Notes: generated from the letters alone by a model not told the origin. Positions 1 to 7,650 are shown, counted from the first letter of the stretch. The stretch is 54,209 nt of DNA from a virus (IMGVR_UViG_3300008050_000051:1-54209), one strand, 5' to 3'. Numbers and translations: made by a program.

Positions 1-60
1 CGCAGCCGCAGCGCAAGCTCATCATGATACAATTTTTGGAACTGGAGAAGAGGAATAATT

Positions 61-192
61 ATGAAACTTGAAATGACTGACAAGTGGGTTCACCGAGCCC
101 TGATCGCGTTCTTAGGCTTTGGTGCCTGTTCTTACGGGTGCATGTTTGTCACCTACGTCTTGTGGTTCATGGGAGTAATTGAGGGGCAGTAA
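61..192 (+). CDS. small hydrophobic (membrane) protein, 43 aa
   Basis: ATG at 61 after GAGG; MKLEMTDKWVHRALIAFLGFGACSYGCMFVTYVLWFMGVIEGQ; stop overlaps next ATG (TAATG). Confidence 0.55.
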   Translation: MKLEMTDKWVHRALIAFLGFGACSYGCMFVTYVLWFMGVIEGQ

Positions 193-563
193 TGGGATTC
201 TTTAGCTGGAACTGTAAAGGATGTGAAGAGAGCATTAAAGCTCCGTATGATATTCCTGAAAATATCAAGTGGCAGAACGATTGTGTAGTAATAATGGAGG
301 ATGAATCTTTTGTTACAGGCTGCTATGATGGGTATGGTCGTATAGATGACTTTGAGATAATGGAGGAGAGTGAACCTTCCCTGTGGCACAAAAGGTGTTG
401 GGAGAAGGCTGGTAAGCCAAAATATACTGGTGCTTCCAACCATGCAGCCGATCAAGGATTCTTTTACGATTACCCAACTAAGGCAAACATGCCTATTTCT
501 GAATACGAACCTTTTACTCAGGAAGAACTCTCTGCTAGAGATACTTATGAAAAGCACCCATAG
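192..563 (+). CDS. hypothetical phage protein, possible Zn-binding (CxxC...HxxC)
   Basis: ORF track; CKGC, YDGYGR, HKRC motifs; tightly packed in operon. Confidence 0.7.
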   Translation: MGFFSWNCKGCEESIKAPYDIPENIKWQNDCVVIMEDESFVTGCYDGYGRIDDFEIMEESEPSLWHKRCWEKAGKPKYTGASNHAADQGFFYDYPTKANMPISEYEPFTQEELSARDTYEKHP

Positions 564-569
564 CTCAAG

Positions 570-770
570 ATGAATAAAGAAATCACTGTACAATTAACGC
601 TTGAATGGACTTTCAATCAAAGAGATTGGAGCGACGAACAAAAACACATTGAAGAACTAAAAAAGGAGCCAAAAGTAACTTTGGGGTATGATTTAATCCA
701 TTCCCTTTTTATGTTAAATGATCTCGACTACCCCGCTATCACAAAATGTAAAGTAGTAGCACATGAATAG
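570..770 (+). CDS. hypothetical protein
   Basis: ORF track; packed between neighbours, overlaps next start. Confidence 0.65.
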   Translation: MNKEITVQLTLEWTFNQRDWSDEQKHIEELKKEPKVTLGYDLIHSLFMLNDLDYPAITKCKVVAHE

Positions 771-1320
771 TAATCAATTTCAACTAATTGAGAAGAAGTA
801 TGGGAAACTAATTCACAAAATCGGTCATTGGATCTCAGGAGATAATGCAATTTCTGGACATGAGGACAATACCCAGGACATTTGGATTGCAGCGATTGGA
901 GCTATTCGGGGTTATGAGAAGAAAGAGAACTTAACTTTTGACCAGTTCTGGGGTAGCAAAGGGTTTGACAAGTATCTTAAGACTTGCCTGTGGAATGTTA
1001 AAAACAGTAAGGGTGCGAAGATTACTAAGAAATACCCTATTACAAAAGGCACTGTGGATGTTGTGGGAAATGAGGAAGTTCTACAACGGGAGGATACTTC
1101 CGTAATATCCCCAGAGACAGAACTATTTTTGGAGGAGGTACATGAAATGCTAACGAAGGATGAATCTCAGGTAATTAAATCTATCTTAGATGACCCTAAG
1201 TACATTAAACCTTCTGGGAAAGTTAACGTGAACGCTCTAGCTAAGAAAATGGGAATGACTTGGAACGAGGTCCACATTATAGTGGGTCAGATTGGAACCA
1301 AAATAGAAAACGAACTTTAA
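763..1320 (+). CDS. phage sigma70-like (ECF-sized) RNA polymerase sigma factor
   Basis: Region-2-like YGKLIHKI...EDNTQDIWIA...FDKYLKTCLWN and C-terminal HTH-like NALAKKMGMTWNEV; 185 aa. Confidence 0.65.
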   Translation: MNSNQFQLIEKKYGKLIHKIGHWISGDNAISGHEDNTQDIWIAAIGAIRGYEKKENLTFDQFWGSKGFDKYLKTCLWNVKNSKGAKITKKYPITKGTVDVVGNEEVLQREDTSVISPETELFLEEVHEMLTKDESQVIKSILDDPKYIKPSGKVNVNALAKKMGMTWNEVHIIVGQIGTKIENEL

Positions 1321-1325
1321 GACAT

Positions 1326-1532
1326 ATGAAAACTATTTACACGAAAAAAGAGAGAAGAGAAGAACTACAAAATAAATTGGACCGTATGGAAGCTGCTCAT
1401 ACTAAAAAGTTCAGTCAACATATTGGCAGCGAAGGTGCATATAGAGATTCATGTAAAGCTAATCACTTGGTTTACTTGGAACTGTTTAAATTGTGTGAGG
1501 AGCTTGGAGATCCTATCCCCGTAAGAAGTTAA
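1326..1532 (+). CDS. hypothetical protein
   Basis: ORF track 1260..1532; ATG at 1326 just after the upstream stop is the more plausible start. Confidence 0.6.
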   Translation: MKTIYTKKERREELQNKLDRMEAAHTKKFSQHIGSEGAYRDSCKANHLVYLELFKLCEELGDPIPVRS

Positions 1533-1540
1533 AAAGAATT

Positions 1541-1867
1541 ATGAAAATTTACATTAGTGGAGCAATCACAGGGCTTGAGGAGAAAGAGTATAGAAAAGCA
1601 TTTTCGGATGCTTGTGTGTACTTGACAAGCAAGGGACATAAGTATGTGGATCCCAGCCAATTAGGGCAACCAGAACACCGTTCCTGGCACTATTATATGA
1701 AGGAGGCAATTCCTTTGTTATGCAAGTGCGATGCTATCTATATGTTGGAGGGCTGGTACAAGAGCAGGGGCGCACAATTAGAACACACGATTGCAAAAGC
1801 CTTAGATATGCCTGTATTTGAAGAATCCAGGGAAGTAAACTTAGACAAAGGAGGATATGGAAAATAA
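1541..1867 (+). CDS. DUF4406-family protein (nucleoside deoxyribosyltransferase-like fold)
   Basis: KIYISGAITG...CDAIYMLEGWYKSRGAQLEH signature. Confidence 0.8.
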   Translation: MKIYISGAITGLEEKEYRKAFSDACVYLTSKGHKYVDPSQLGQPEHRSWHYYMKEAIPLLCKCDAIYMLEGWYKSRGAQLEHTIAKALDMPVFEESREVNLDKGGYGK

Positions 1868-1936
1868 AATGCCTAATAAAAAAGACAAAACCGCAACCAA
1901 GAAGATTTGGAGGGTGCTAACAGGTAAGTAACTATC

Positions 1937-2059
1937 ATGGGTTTTTTTTCAAGACTAATTTACGCTACACTTGTCCCTAAAGAAGTTAGGGATGCTACTA
2001 TGATTGACGAACTAAAAAAATTAAACGCACAAAAGAAAAAGGAGAAAAAAAAGAAATGA
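1937..2059 (+). CDS. small Lys-rich hypothetical protein
   Basis: MGFFSRLIYATLVPKEVRDATMIDELKKLNAQKKKEKKKK; ATGA overlap with next gene. Confidence 0.45.
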   Translation: MGFFSRLIYATLVPKEVRDATMIDELKKLNAQKKKEKKKK

Positions 2060-2511
2060 AAAACATATTTACTAGATTTTCTAAAGATTACGAAACCTTT
2101 TCTTTGCTCTTTGCTTCCTTCATGTTATTTGTTATTTTTAACACACTGCTTTTTTCCTCCTGGGGATTTGTTTCCCCTCCACAAGTTTCGGGGAGCCCAG
2201 GAGACAATATCAGGAGGCTTTCTTCCTATAAAGGAAGCCATTACGCAGGGTTCGCTGAATTTAGGGTTAACGAATTTGAGTTTGATTCCTTTGGTCAAGT
2301 GCAACTAAAAGGAGAGCCTTACGATATTCTTCTTAATGTAACTAAGATTACCCGTGCCTATCGTCTAGAGAGTGGTAGTGTTAATAAGAAAACATTTTAT
2401 TCTACTCTCGTTTTTGTAGATTTCCAGAAAGAACCTTTGCTACTTCGCCAGTCTTACAAAGATGTGAGTAGCTCTATTAGAAAAAGTATGGAGTATTTGG
2501 CGAATGACTAG
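2056..2511 (+). CDS. membrane-anchored hypothetical protein
   Basis: N-terminal hydrophobic helix FSLLFASFMLFVIFNTLLF. Confidence 0.7.
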   Translation: MKNIFTRFSKDYETFSLLFASFMLFVIFNTLLFSSWGFVSPPQVSGSPGDNIRRLSSYKGSHYAGFAEFRVNEFEFDSFGQVQLKGEPYDILLNVTKITRAYRLESGSVNKKTFYSTLVFVDFQKEPLLLRQSYKDVSSSIRKSMEYLAND

Positions 2512-2678
2512 GAGAGGGGAGGTTAGTGCTAAGTTGATTATTAAGTGCTTGCTTGCCGTTTTGGCAGGGATGGGGGCTACATATCTTCTTATTAAATGGA
2601 CGTTTTCCAATATATAAAATTGAAGAATATAATCAAAACAATATAATACTTCGGGGAAAAGAGATAAGGGTAAACACA

Positions 2679-3251
2679 ATGCTAAAAAATACAATAAGAA
2701 ACTTACTGTTCTTGATTGGGATAGGAATATTAGGAGTAAGCTGTAGTCAAAATAGCGCACCCTCAGATGATGATGATGGTGGTGGGGATGATCCTCCCCG
2801 ACCTCCTGTGTACGATCACGACGAAGAGGAACCGAATGATGAACTCTTTGATGCTCAATTTATTGCAGTCCTTCCTAACTTCGCTGGCCCCGAAGTAATT
2901 CTAGGAGAGCATTGGATTCCTTATGACCCAGACTGTTATCAGTTTTGGCTTGACCCAAGTATGTCACACCCTTCTATTCATGTTAGCATTAATTTACTAA
3001 CAGACTCTATTCTTTCACCCAAAATTAAACTTTGGCAAACCACATATGATTCGGTAGGCAACCCTGACGGACATATCCTTAGAGGTACTTGGGTGGGACA
3101 AGATGGGCATTTATTTATTGACGCTTTTGAAGTTGAATATGGAGGTCTTCTTGTTGATAACGACCTGATTATTGAACTTATCCCATGGGGTGGCATCGCA
3201 GACCTAGAATTACTCGATGATGAATACTTACTAGAATTTTGGAGCAACTAA
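2679..3251 (+). CDS. putative lipoprotein (acidic)
   Basis: Start at ATG 2679 gives signal peptide MLKNTIRNLLFLIGIGILGVS-C with lipobox-like Cys, then a DDDDGGGDDPP linker. Confidence 0.7.
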   Translation: MLKNTIRNLLFLIGIGILGVSCSQNSAPSDDDDGGGDDPPRPPVYDHDEEEPNDELFDAQFIAVLPNFAGPEVILGEHWIPYDPDCYQFWLDPSMSHPSIHVSINLLTDSILSPKIKLWQTTYDSVGNPDGHILRGTWVGQDGHLFIDAFEVEYGGLLVDNDLIIELIPWGGIADLELLDDEYLLEFWSN

Positions 3252-3589
3252 TGTGCTATAGACCATTACCCGATAGCCTAACAATCAAAAAGTCAAGAAT
3301 AGAGGGATTAGGACTGTTCGCAAAAGAATTTATTAAAAAAGAAACAGAACTAGGAATCTCCCATTACTACTTTGAAGATGATTTGATTAGAACTCCACTA
3401 GGAGGGTTTTATAACCACTCAGATGCACCAAATTGCTACTCTAAAACAAAAGTTACCGAGACAGGAATAGATGAGGTAATCCTAATCACAGGAAGAGATA
3501 TTCAAGCAGGAGAAGAGATTACAACCTACTATATCATACAACCACTACCACTACCTAATCATGACAAAAAACACGCCATTTCAAAATGA
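3251..3589 (+). CDS. SET-domain protein (putative lysine methyltransferase)
   Basis: SRIEGLGLFA, GFYNHSDAPNC and RDIQAGEEITTYY are canonical SET motifs; ATG 3251 overlaps upstream TAA. Confidence 0.85.
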   Translation: MCYRPLPDSLTIKKSRIEGLGLFAKEFIKKETELGISHYYFEDDLIRTPLGGFYNHSDAPNCYSKTKVTETGIDEVILITGRDIQAGEEITTYYIIQPLPLPNHDKKHAISK

Positions 3590-3869
3590 CCTGCTTGTGC
3601 AATACGCAGGAATGCCCAGAGGAATTTGGAATCTTATCTGTACCAAACGTGACCTGACAATGTATGTCAAACAAGGAATAAAACCAAATAGGTACTGGAA
3701 GGTAACGGATGTTAAGAAGTATTTCGGCATCACCGGAACAGGCGAAACGCTACTGGAAAATTTTATGAAAGTGTTTCTCCAGTACGTTACTCTATTTGAC
3801 CGAGACCCCACATTACTTTGGCAAGTCCATGATGAGGATGGGGAAGTACGCCTAGAGCCCAATTCTTAA
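3561..3869 (+). CDS. hypothetical protein
   Basis: ORF track, operon context. Confidence 0.65.
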   Translation: MTKNTPFQNDLLVQYAGMPRGIWNLICTKRDLTMYVKQGIKPNRYWKVTDVKKYFGITGTGETLLENFMKVFLQYVTLFDRDPTLLWQVHDEDGEVRLEPNS

Positions 3870-3873
3870 AGTA

Positions 3874-4437
3874 ATGTATGAAGATTTTAAAATAAAAAGT
3901 ATAGTACTTAAACAATTCATCTGTACCAAACGTGATGTGGAGCTGCAAGATCAGAATCTATCTCTTTTTCGGCAGACAAAGAAACTACTATATGAAGAAT
4001 TCCCAGACCATGAAGATACTGATCTAGAAGAACAATACAAATGGATAGTAATAGCTACGAAAGATAGTGAAGTGGTGGGAGTAATAACAGCTAATAAGTA
4101 TATCCCTAAGAAAGCACTATTATGTGATATCGTAGTAAAGAAAAGCTATAGATCCAAAGGTATAGGTATAAAACTATTAAAGGGTATGGGAATAGAATTG
4201 AGGAGAGAAGGGTATACACACCTGTTAGGATTTACACCTAAAAAGTCAAAAGATGCACTTAGTACATATAAGAGGGTTCATACAAAACAAGAAGAGATGA
4301 TTGTTACTACTAGTGAACTGGATATTAGTATTGCACATATAGAACAGCTAGAAATGAGATTGATAAGTAGGGAGGATAGGAGGAAAAAGAGGTTGGAAAG
4401 GGATAGTAAGGGAGTAACAACCAAAAAGTCAAATTAG
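3874..4437 (+). CDS. GNAT-family acetyltransferase
   Basis: Acetyl-CoA-binding motif A IVVKKSYRSKGIGIKLL; EVVGVI strand. Confidence 0.75.
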   Translation: MYEDFKIKSIVLKQFICTKRDVELQDQNLSLFRQTKKLLYEEFPDHEDTDLEEQYKWIVIATKDSEVVGVITANKYIPKKALLCDIVVKKSYRSKGIGIKLLKGMGIELRREGYTHLLGFTPKKSKDALSTYKRVHTKQEEMIVTTSELDISIAHIEQLEMRLISREDRRKKRLERDSKGVTTKKSN

Positions 4438-4538
4438 AACAAAGTTTTCACTTTTTTTCTTGAAACTAAACCAAAAAGTCAAATCATTTAGAATTGAGTA
4501 ACAAATAAGTCAATGTACAACCAAAAAGTCAAATTAGA
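4417..4538. repeat. three AACCAAAAAGTCAAAT direct repeats at exact 50-bp spacing in an AT-rich intergenic region
   Basis: CCAAAAAGTC starts at 4421, 4471 and 4521; degenerate copy near 4496-4513. Confidence 0.85.
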
Positions 4539-4820
4539 CTAAATTGAAATTACTGTTTTGCTTGACCCAAAAATAGTAAAAAAACAAATTCAAACACCCG
4601 TTTGAAATTAGCTCCGAGCTTTTTTCAGATTTTGCATGGAATTGGGGGTCAAAACTAAATAATTCCAATTCCGATTTTTTTTCCAAAAACCTCATTTTTG
4701 ACCCCGTAAGAAAGGATTCTCTGAAGTGAAATACTAACTTTTTCCATTTTCAAAAAACCACCTAAATTTATGCTCAAAACTAAATAACAATAATCCAAAG
4801 CTGCGCCTGAAGAGGTACTA

Positions 4821-4858
4821 AAATACCCTCCAAACTAATCCAAGTTTGGAGGGTATTT
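4821..4858. terminator. perfect 16-bp inverted repeat, probable (bidirectional) intrinsic terminator between convergent gene blocks
   Basis: AAATACCCTCCAAACT-aatcca-AGTTTGGAGGGTATTT. Confidence 0.75.
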
Positions 4859-4874
4859 CTATTTATACTCTTTT

Positions 4875-5195
4875 CTACTCTGATTCTTCTTTCATGGGAA
4901 CATAAAATCCATCTGAGGTAGTACATTCCCAACCAGTGTAAACAACCAATTGCCCGTCAAGATCTTTCCCTAACTCCATTTCGGGGAAGATCTCTAACAT
5001 TATTCGCATAATATCGTCAAAGTGATAAGGTCCTAACCTCTTATCCTTGTCACCATCTGAGGGTGCGCTATATAAAAAAGACAAAACCGCAACATCGAGC
5101 CTATCCGCTGCCATTTCTTTACGCTTCTTTTCTAGACTTTCCTTTGCCATTTTTTTACGCTTCTTCCAAGCGTTGCTTTCGGGTTCTTTATCCAT
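4875..5195 (-). CDS. hypothetical protein
   Basis: ORF track; follows the 5205 gene on the same strand. Confidence 0.65.
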   Translation of the reverse strand: MDKEPESNAWKKRKKMAKESLEKKRKEMAADRLDVAVLSFLYSAPSDGDKDKRLGPYHFDDIMRIMLEIFPEMELGKDLDGQLVVYTGWECTTSDGFYVPMKEESE

Positions 5196-5204
5196 TTCAA
5201 TTCT

Positions 5205-5849
5205 TTAGTGTGAGAGAAACCTAACTGTTTTCGATACGCTCCAACATAATCCACAAGCTGCACAGCTTGCGGACTTTTCAGTTTGTTCCGGGCAGACAAA
5301 AGACTTGCCCTCGAATGATTCCTCGGCTGCGTAGAGATTAGATCCAGTGTACTCTTTTGAGCGGGAATAGCGAATTACGCAACGCTCCGAGAATTTTCTA
5401 TTTAGCTCCTGGATTGCTTTTCCGATTCGGCTTTCTTCTTCTCTACCAGTGTATCCAAACAAACATAGGGAAGAATACTTCCAAAGCATCTCATCCCAGA
5501 AATTCACATAATCCACGCTATAGAAATCACCTAGAACGTGGAGCCTAATTACAATCCCTTGCGGGTGCTTTTTCATTAGGGCTGCAATTTCAATTTCCAG
5601 CTTATCGGTTAGCCCGTTAGTAGAAAACCTATGGGCGAAAGGCATGTTATTACCGTAACAATCTTCCCAATGATGGCAAGAAGGGGGACACGTTTCCCTT
5701 TCAATCAAAGTGAGAGAGAATAGCTTTTTCCCCCTCCATTTCTTAGATGTAATCTTGAAACCAAGCTTCTTATTATTAGAGCCTTGCTTCAAGATTGTAT
5801 TTCCATCCACGGATCGGATGGATTTCTGAAACCGTGTAGATACTTTCAT
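5205..5849 (-). CDS. Gp88-like Cys-rich protein (radical-SAM-related, putative Fe-S)
   Basis: TCPPSCHHWEDCY, IRLHVLGDF, CPEQ...CAACGLCW; start placed at ATG 5849, 6 nt after a TG-N-TATGCT -10. Confidence 0.65.
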   Translation of the reverse strand: MKVSTRFQKSIRSVDGNTILKQGSNNKKLGFKITSKKWRGKKLFSLTLIERETCPPSCHHWEDCYGNNMPFAHRFSTNGLTDKLEIEIAALMKKHPQGIVIRLHVLGDFYSVDYVNFWDEMLWKYSSLCLFGYTGREEESRIGKAIQELNRKFSERCVIRYSRSKEYTGSNLYAAEESFEGKSFVCPEQTEKSASCAACGLCWSVSKTVRFLSH

Positions 5850-5915
5850 TAGGGTAGCATACCACACTCACGGCCAAAATGGGGGACTAATCCGAGAAAA
5901 GTTCAGAAAGTAGTT

Positions 5916-6031
5916 GTCGTAAGTGCTTGTCCTGTATAGACTTAGGGCCCCGGCCCCGGCGATTTTTGTAAAATCTATGTAAAAAGCCCCCGCTGTTACC
6001 AGCAGGGGCCTAATATATAAATAGTTATAGA
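5916..6031 (-). repeat. cassette junction repeat R1 (core plus terminator half only)
   Basis: Core TAAGTGCTTGTCCTGTATAGACTTAGG at 5920-5946, then GC box, TGTAAAA pair, hairpin 5981-6010. Confidence 0.95.
5981..6010 (-). terminator. intrinsic terminator carried by junction repeats (also in R2 ~7310-7339 and R4 ~10328-10356)
   Basis: Minus strand GGCCCCTGCTG-GTAA-CAGCGGGGGC-TTTTT. Confidence 0.75.
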
Positions 6032-6282
6032 GGTGGAGAGGCTAGAGTAGCGGGACTCACTTTATTACCCGCACCCCATGACAAGCTTCTACGGTGCTTG
6101 CAACCTATGAAACTGTAGTTCATTTCATGAGGCGTTACCTGTGTTTGGGTTCTCTGTCACATTAGACCGTCTTAGGGGTCTCCCCCTTCTCCCTTGTACA
6201 GTTATCCGAGGATACCCTCCAGTTACCGAGGGCATTACCTGATACTCTACTCCAGAGGTTTGCAACCCTCTGAAGTCTCTCC
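6032..6282 (-). ncRNA. candidate ~250-nt structured non-coding RNA
   Basis: No long ORF; terminal pairing GGAGAG/CTCTCC and TAGAGTA/TACTCTA; GNRA-capped hairpins (GCAA, GTAA, GAGA); lies between the mini-tmRNA and the terminator. Confidence 0.55.
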
Positions 6283-6297
6283 GTGTTTTCAATGTGC

Positions 6298-6378
6298 TGG
6301 TGGAGGTGCAGGGAATCGAACCCTGGTCCTAACTAGTTCCCCATGGGGTCTTAGCTAGTCGAACACCATATCACCCCC
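6298..6378 (-). ncRNA. minimal tmRNA-like RNA consisting only of the tRNA-like domain (81 nt)
   Basis: GGGGGTG-ATATGGTGTTCGAC...GAC-CAGGG-TTCGATT-CCCTG-CACCTCC-A-CCA; G3-U70 wobble, A73, encoded CCA, no D-stem; helix 2 closed by a short hairpin. Confidence 0.8.
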
Positions 6379-6455
6379 GAAGGGTGCCCCTTTTCCCGTA
6401 GGGGCCACACGCTTTCTTTTTAGTCGGTCAGGGGCTACCGTCCCGACTCAGAAGC

Positions 6456-6695
6456 CTAGAATCCTTGCGTAGCAAGATATGCCCTTGCATGACCTATATG
6501 CCGCTCACCCTTGCCGTTGTGTTCGAAGGGAAGCGCACGCCGTAGAGATTTGTACGCTTCTAACGCATGATCTGCGGCTTCCATGTTATCAGTTCCTGAG
6601 CGGTAGAGTTCTGCGTAGAGTTCTCCAACTTCAATACTTAGAGTATGGATTTTAGCTAGGAGGGTGGGTTGAGAAATGTTTTGTGTCTTATTCAT
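6456..6695 (-). CDS. hypothetical cassette protein
   Basis: ORF track; first 50 nt tandemly duplicated upstream. Confidence 0.65.
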   Translation of the reverse strand: MNKTQNISQPTLLAKIHTLSIEVGELYAELYRSGTDNMEAADHALEAYKSLRRALPFEHNGKGERHIGHARAYLATQGF

Positions 6696-6745
6696 TGGAT
6701 TTTAGCTAGGAGGGTGGGTTGAGAAATGTTTTGTGTCTTATTCAT
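6646..6745. repeat. exact 50-bp tandem duplication of a gene start
   Basis: TGGATTTTAGCTAGGAGGGTGGGTTGAGAAATGTTTTGTGTCTTATTCAT at 6646-6695 and 6696-6745. Confidence 0.9.
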
Positions 6746-6944
6746 GGGTGCATTCTACCTCATACTCAGAAAGATGTTCTTTCTTGTAATCTTCCCAGTC
6801 CTCCGCATGACTGGCGGGGTTATCTTCGGAATGATAACCAGCAGAGAATCCAGACGCGAAAGCATCTTCTAGAAGAGTCCGCATTGCCCTAAATGTGACC
6901 CTGAGAAGTTGTTTAGTACTACCTGAAGTGTGTGTCTTATTCAT
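6738..6944 (-). CDS. hypothetical cassette protein
   Basis: ORF track; consensus promoter immediately upstream. Confidence 0.7.
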   Translation of the reverse strand: MNKTHTSGSTKQLLRVTFRAMRTLLEDAFASGFSAGYHSEDNPASHAEDWEDYKKEHLSEYEVECTHE

Positions 6945-6950
6945 GGGTGC

Positions 6951-6979
6951 ATTCTACCTCAGAGGGGAGGATTTGTCAA
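6951..6979 (-). promoter_or_regulatory. sigma70-type promoter, leaderless geometry
   Basis: TTGACA-17nt-TAGAAT-6nt-ATG(6944). Confidence 0.8.
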
Positions 6980-7176
6980 AGGGTTTCCGTGATATTCCAG
7001 AGATAAAGGCTTCTCACAGCGAGGCCCTTAGGCCCAAACCGTAGCCTAGCTCTTTTGTGACGCATAACCCGATAGTGGGCGATTCTTTCTTCTAAGATCC
7101 TGCCGCTGGTTCCCCAACCCTCAGCAGGGGTTAGGCTGAAATGCCAGACGGTGCGTAGTGTGTCTCTTCTGCTCAT
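6976..7176 (-). CDS. hypothetical cassette protein
   Basis: First ORF after the R2 promoter. Confidence 0.6.
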   Translation of the reverse strand: MSRRDTLRTVWHFSLTPAEGWGTSGRILEERIAHYRVMRHKRARLRFGPKGLAVRSLYLWNITETL

Positions 7177-7360
7177 GTTCTCCAGTATATCATACTATCG
7201 GCAGGATGCAAGCCCCAGCAGAGGGGTATTTAGCTTTTCTTGCAATCCTAAGTGCTTGTCCTGTATAGACTTAGGGCCTCGGCCCCGGCGATTTTTGTAA
7301 AATCTATGTAAAAAGCCCCCGCTGTTACCAGCAGGGGCCTAATATATAAATAGTTATAGA
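7174..7360 (-). repeat. cassette junction repeat R2 (terminator + core + promoter)
   Basis: Core 7249-7275; promoter TTGCAT-16-TATACT-7nt-ATG(7176). Confidence 0.95.
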
Positions 7361-7419
7361 AAAAGAGAAGAGGGGGGCGTGGCCTATAACCCAGCACCAC
7401 GCCCCCAAGGGCAACCCTG

Positions 7420-7650
7420 TTACGCACCCATGTAGCGGTGATTTAGCCCGTTACGGGTAACAAACTGGCGGGAGTTTTTATAGGCTCGATTCCACCTAGA
7501 CTTAGCACCCGATAGCGTACCCGTATAGGTATTTTGCCTGGTTTTTAGATCAAAAATTGTATAGACAGCATTAGCCGCGCTGCCATTTCCTACGCGAATC
7601 ATGACGGCCTTAGAATTGGAGCGGACGATCTGGGTAATGTTATTCAGCAT
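7420..7650 (-). CDS. hypothetical cassette protein
   Basis: ORF track; followed by GC hairpin ~7373-7406 with a pyrimidine tail. Confidence 0.65.
   Translation of the reverse strand: MLNNITQIVRSNSKAVMIRVGNGSAANAVYTIFDLKTRQNTYTGTLSGAKSRWNRAYKNSRQFVTRNGLNHRYMGA

Noticed and set aside
153-593. Minus-strand ORF 153..593 and other short antisense ORFs within long structural genes
   Set aside because: Fully overlap better-supported co-oriented genes
6032-6282. RNase P RNA or group I intron
   Set aside because: Could not find the GAGGAAAGUCC / terminal P4 motifs or a group I core
6298-6378. Ordinary tRNA-Ala or tRNA-Met (CAT in the hairpin)
   Set aside because: No D-stem and no 7-nt anticodon loop with U33; the 5' end has the tmRNA-type TTCGAC motif
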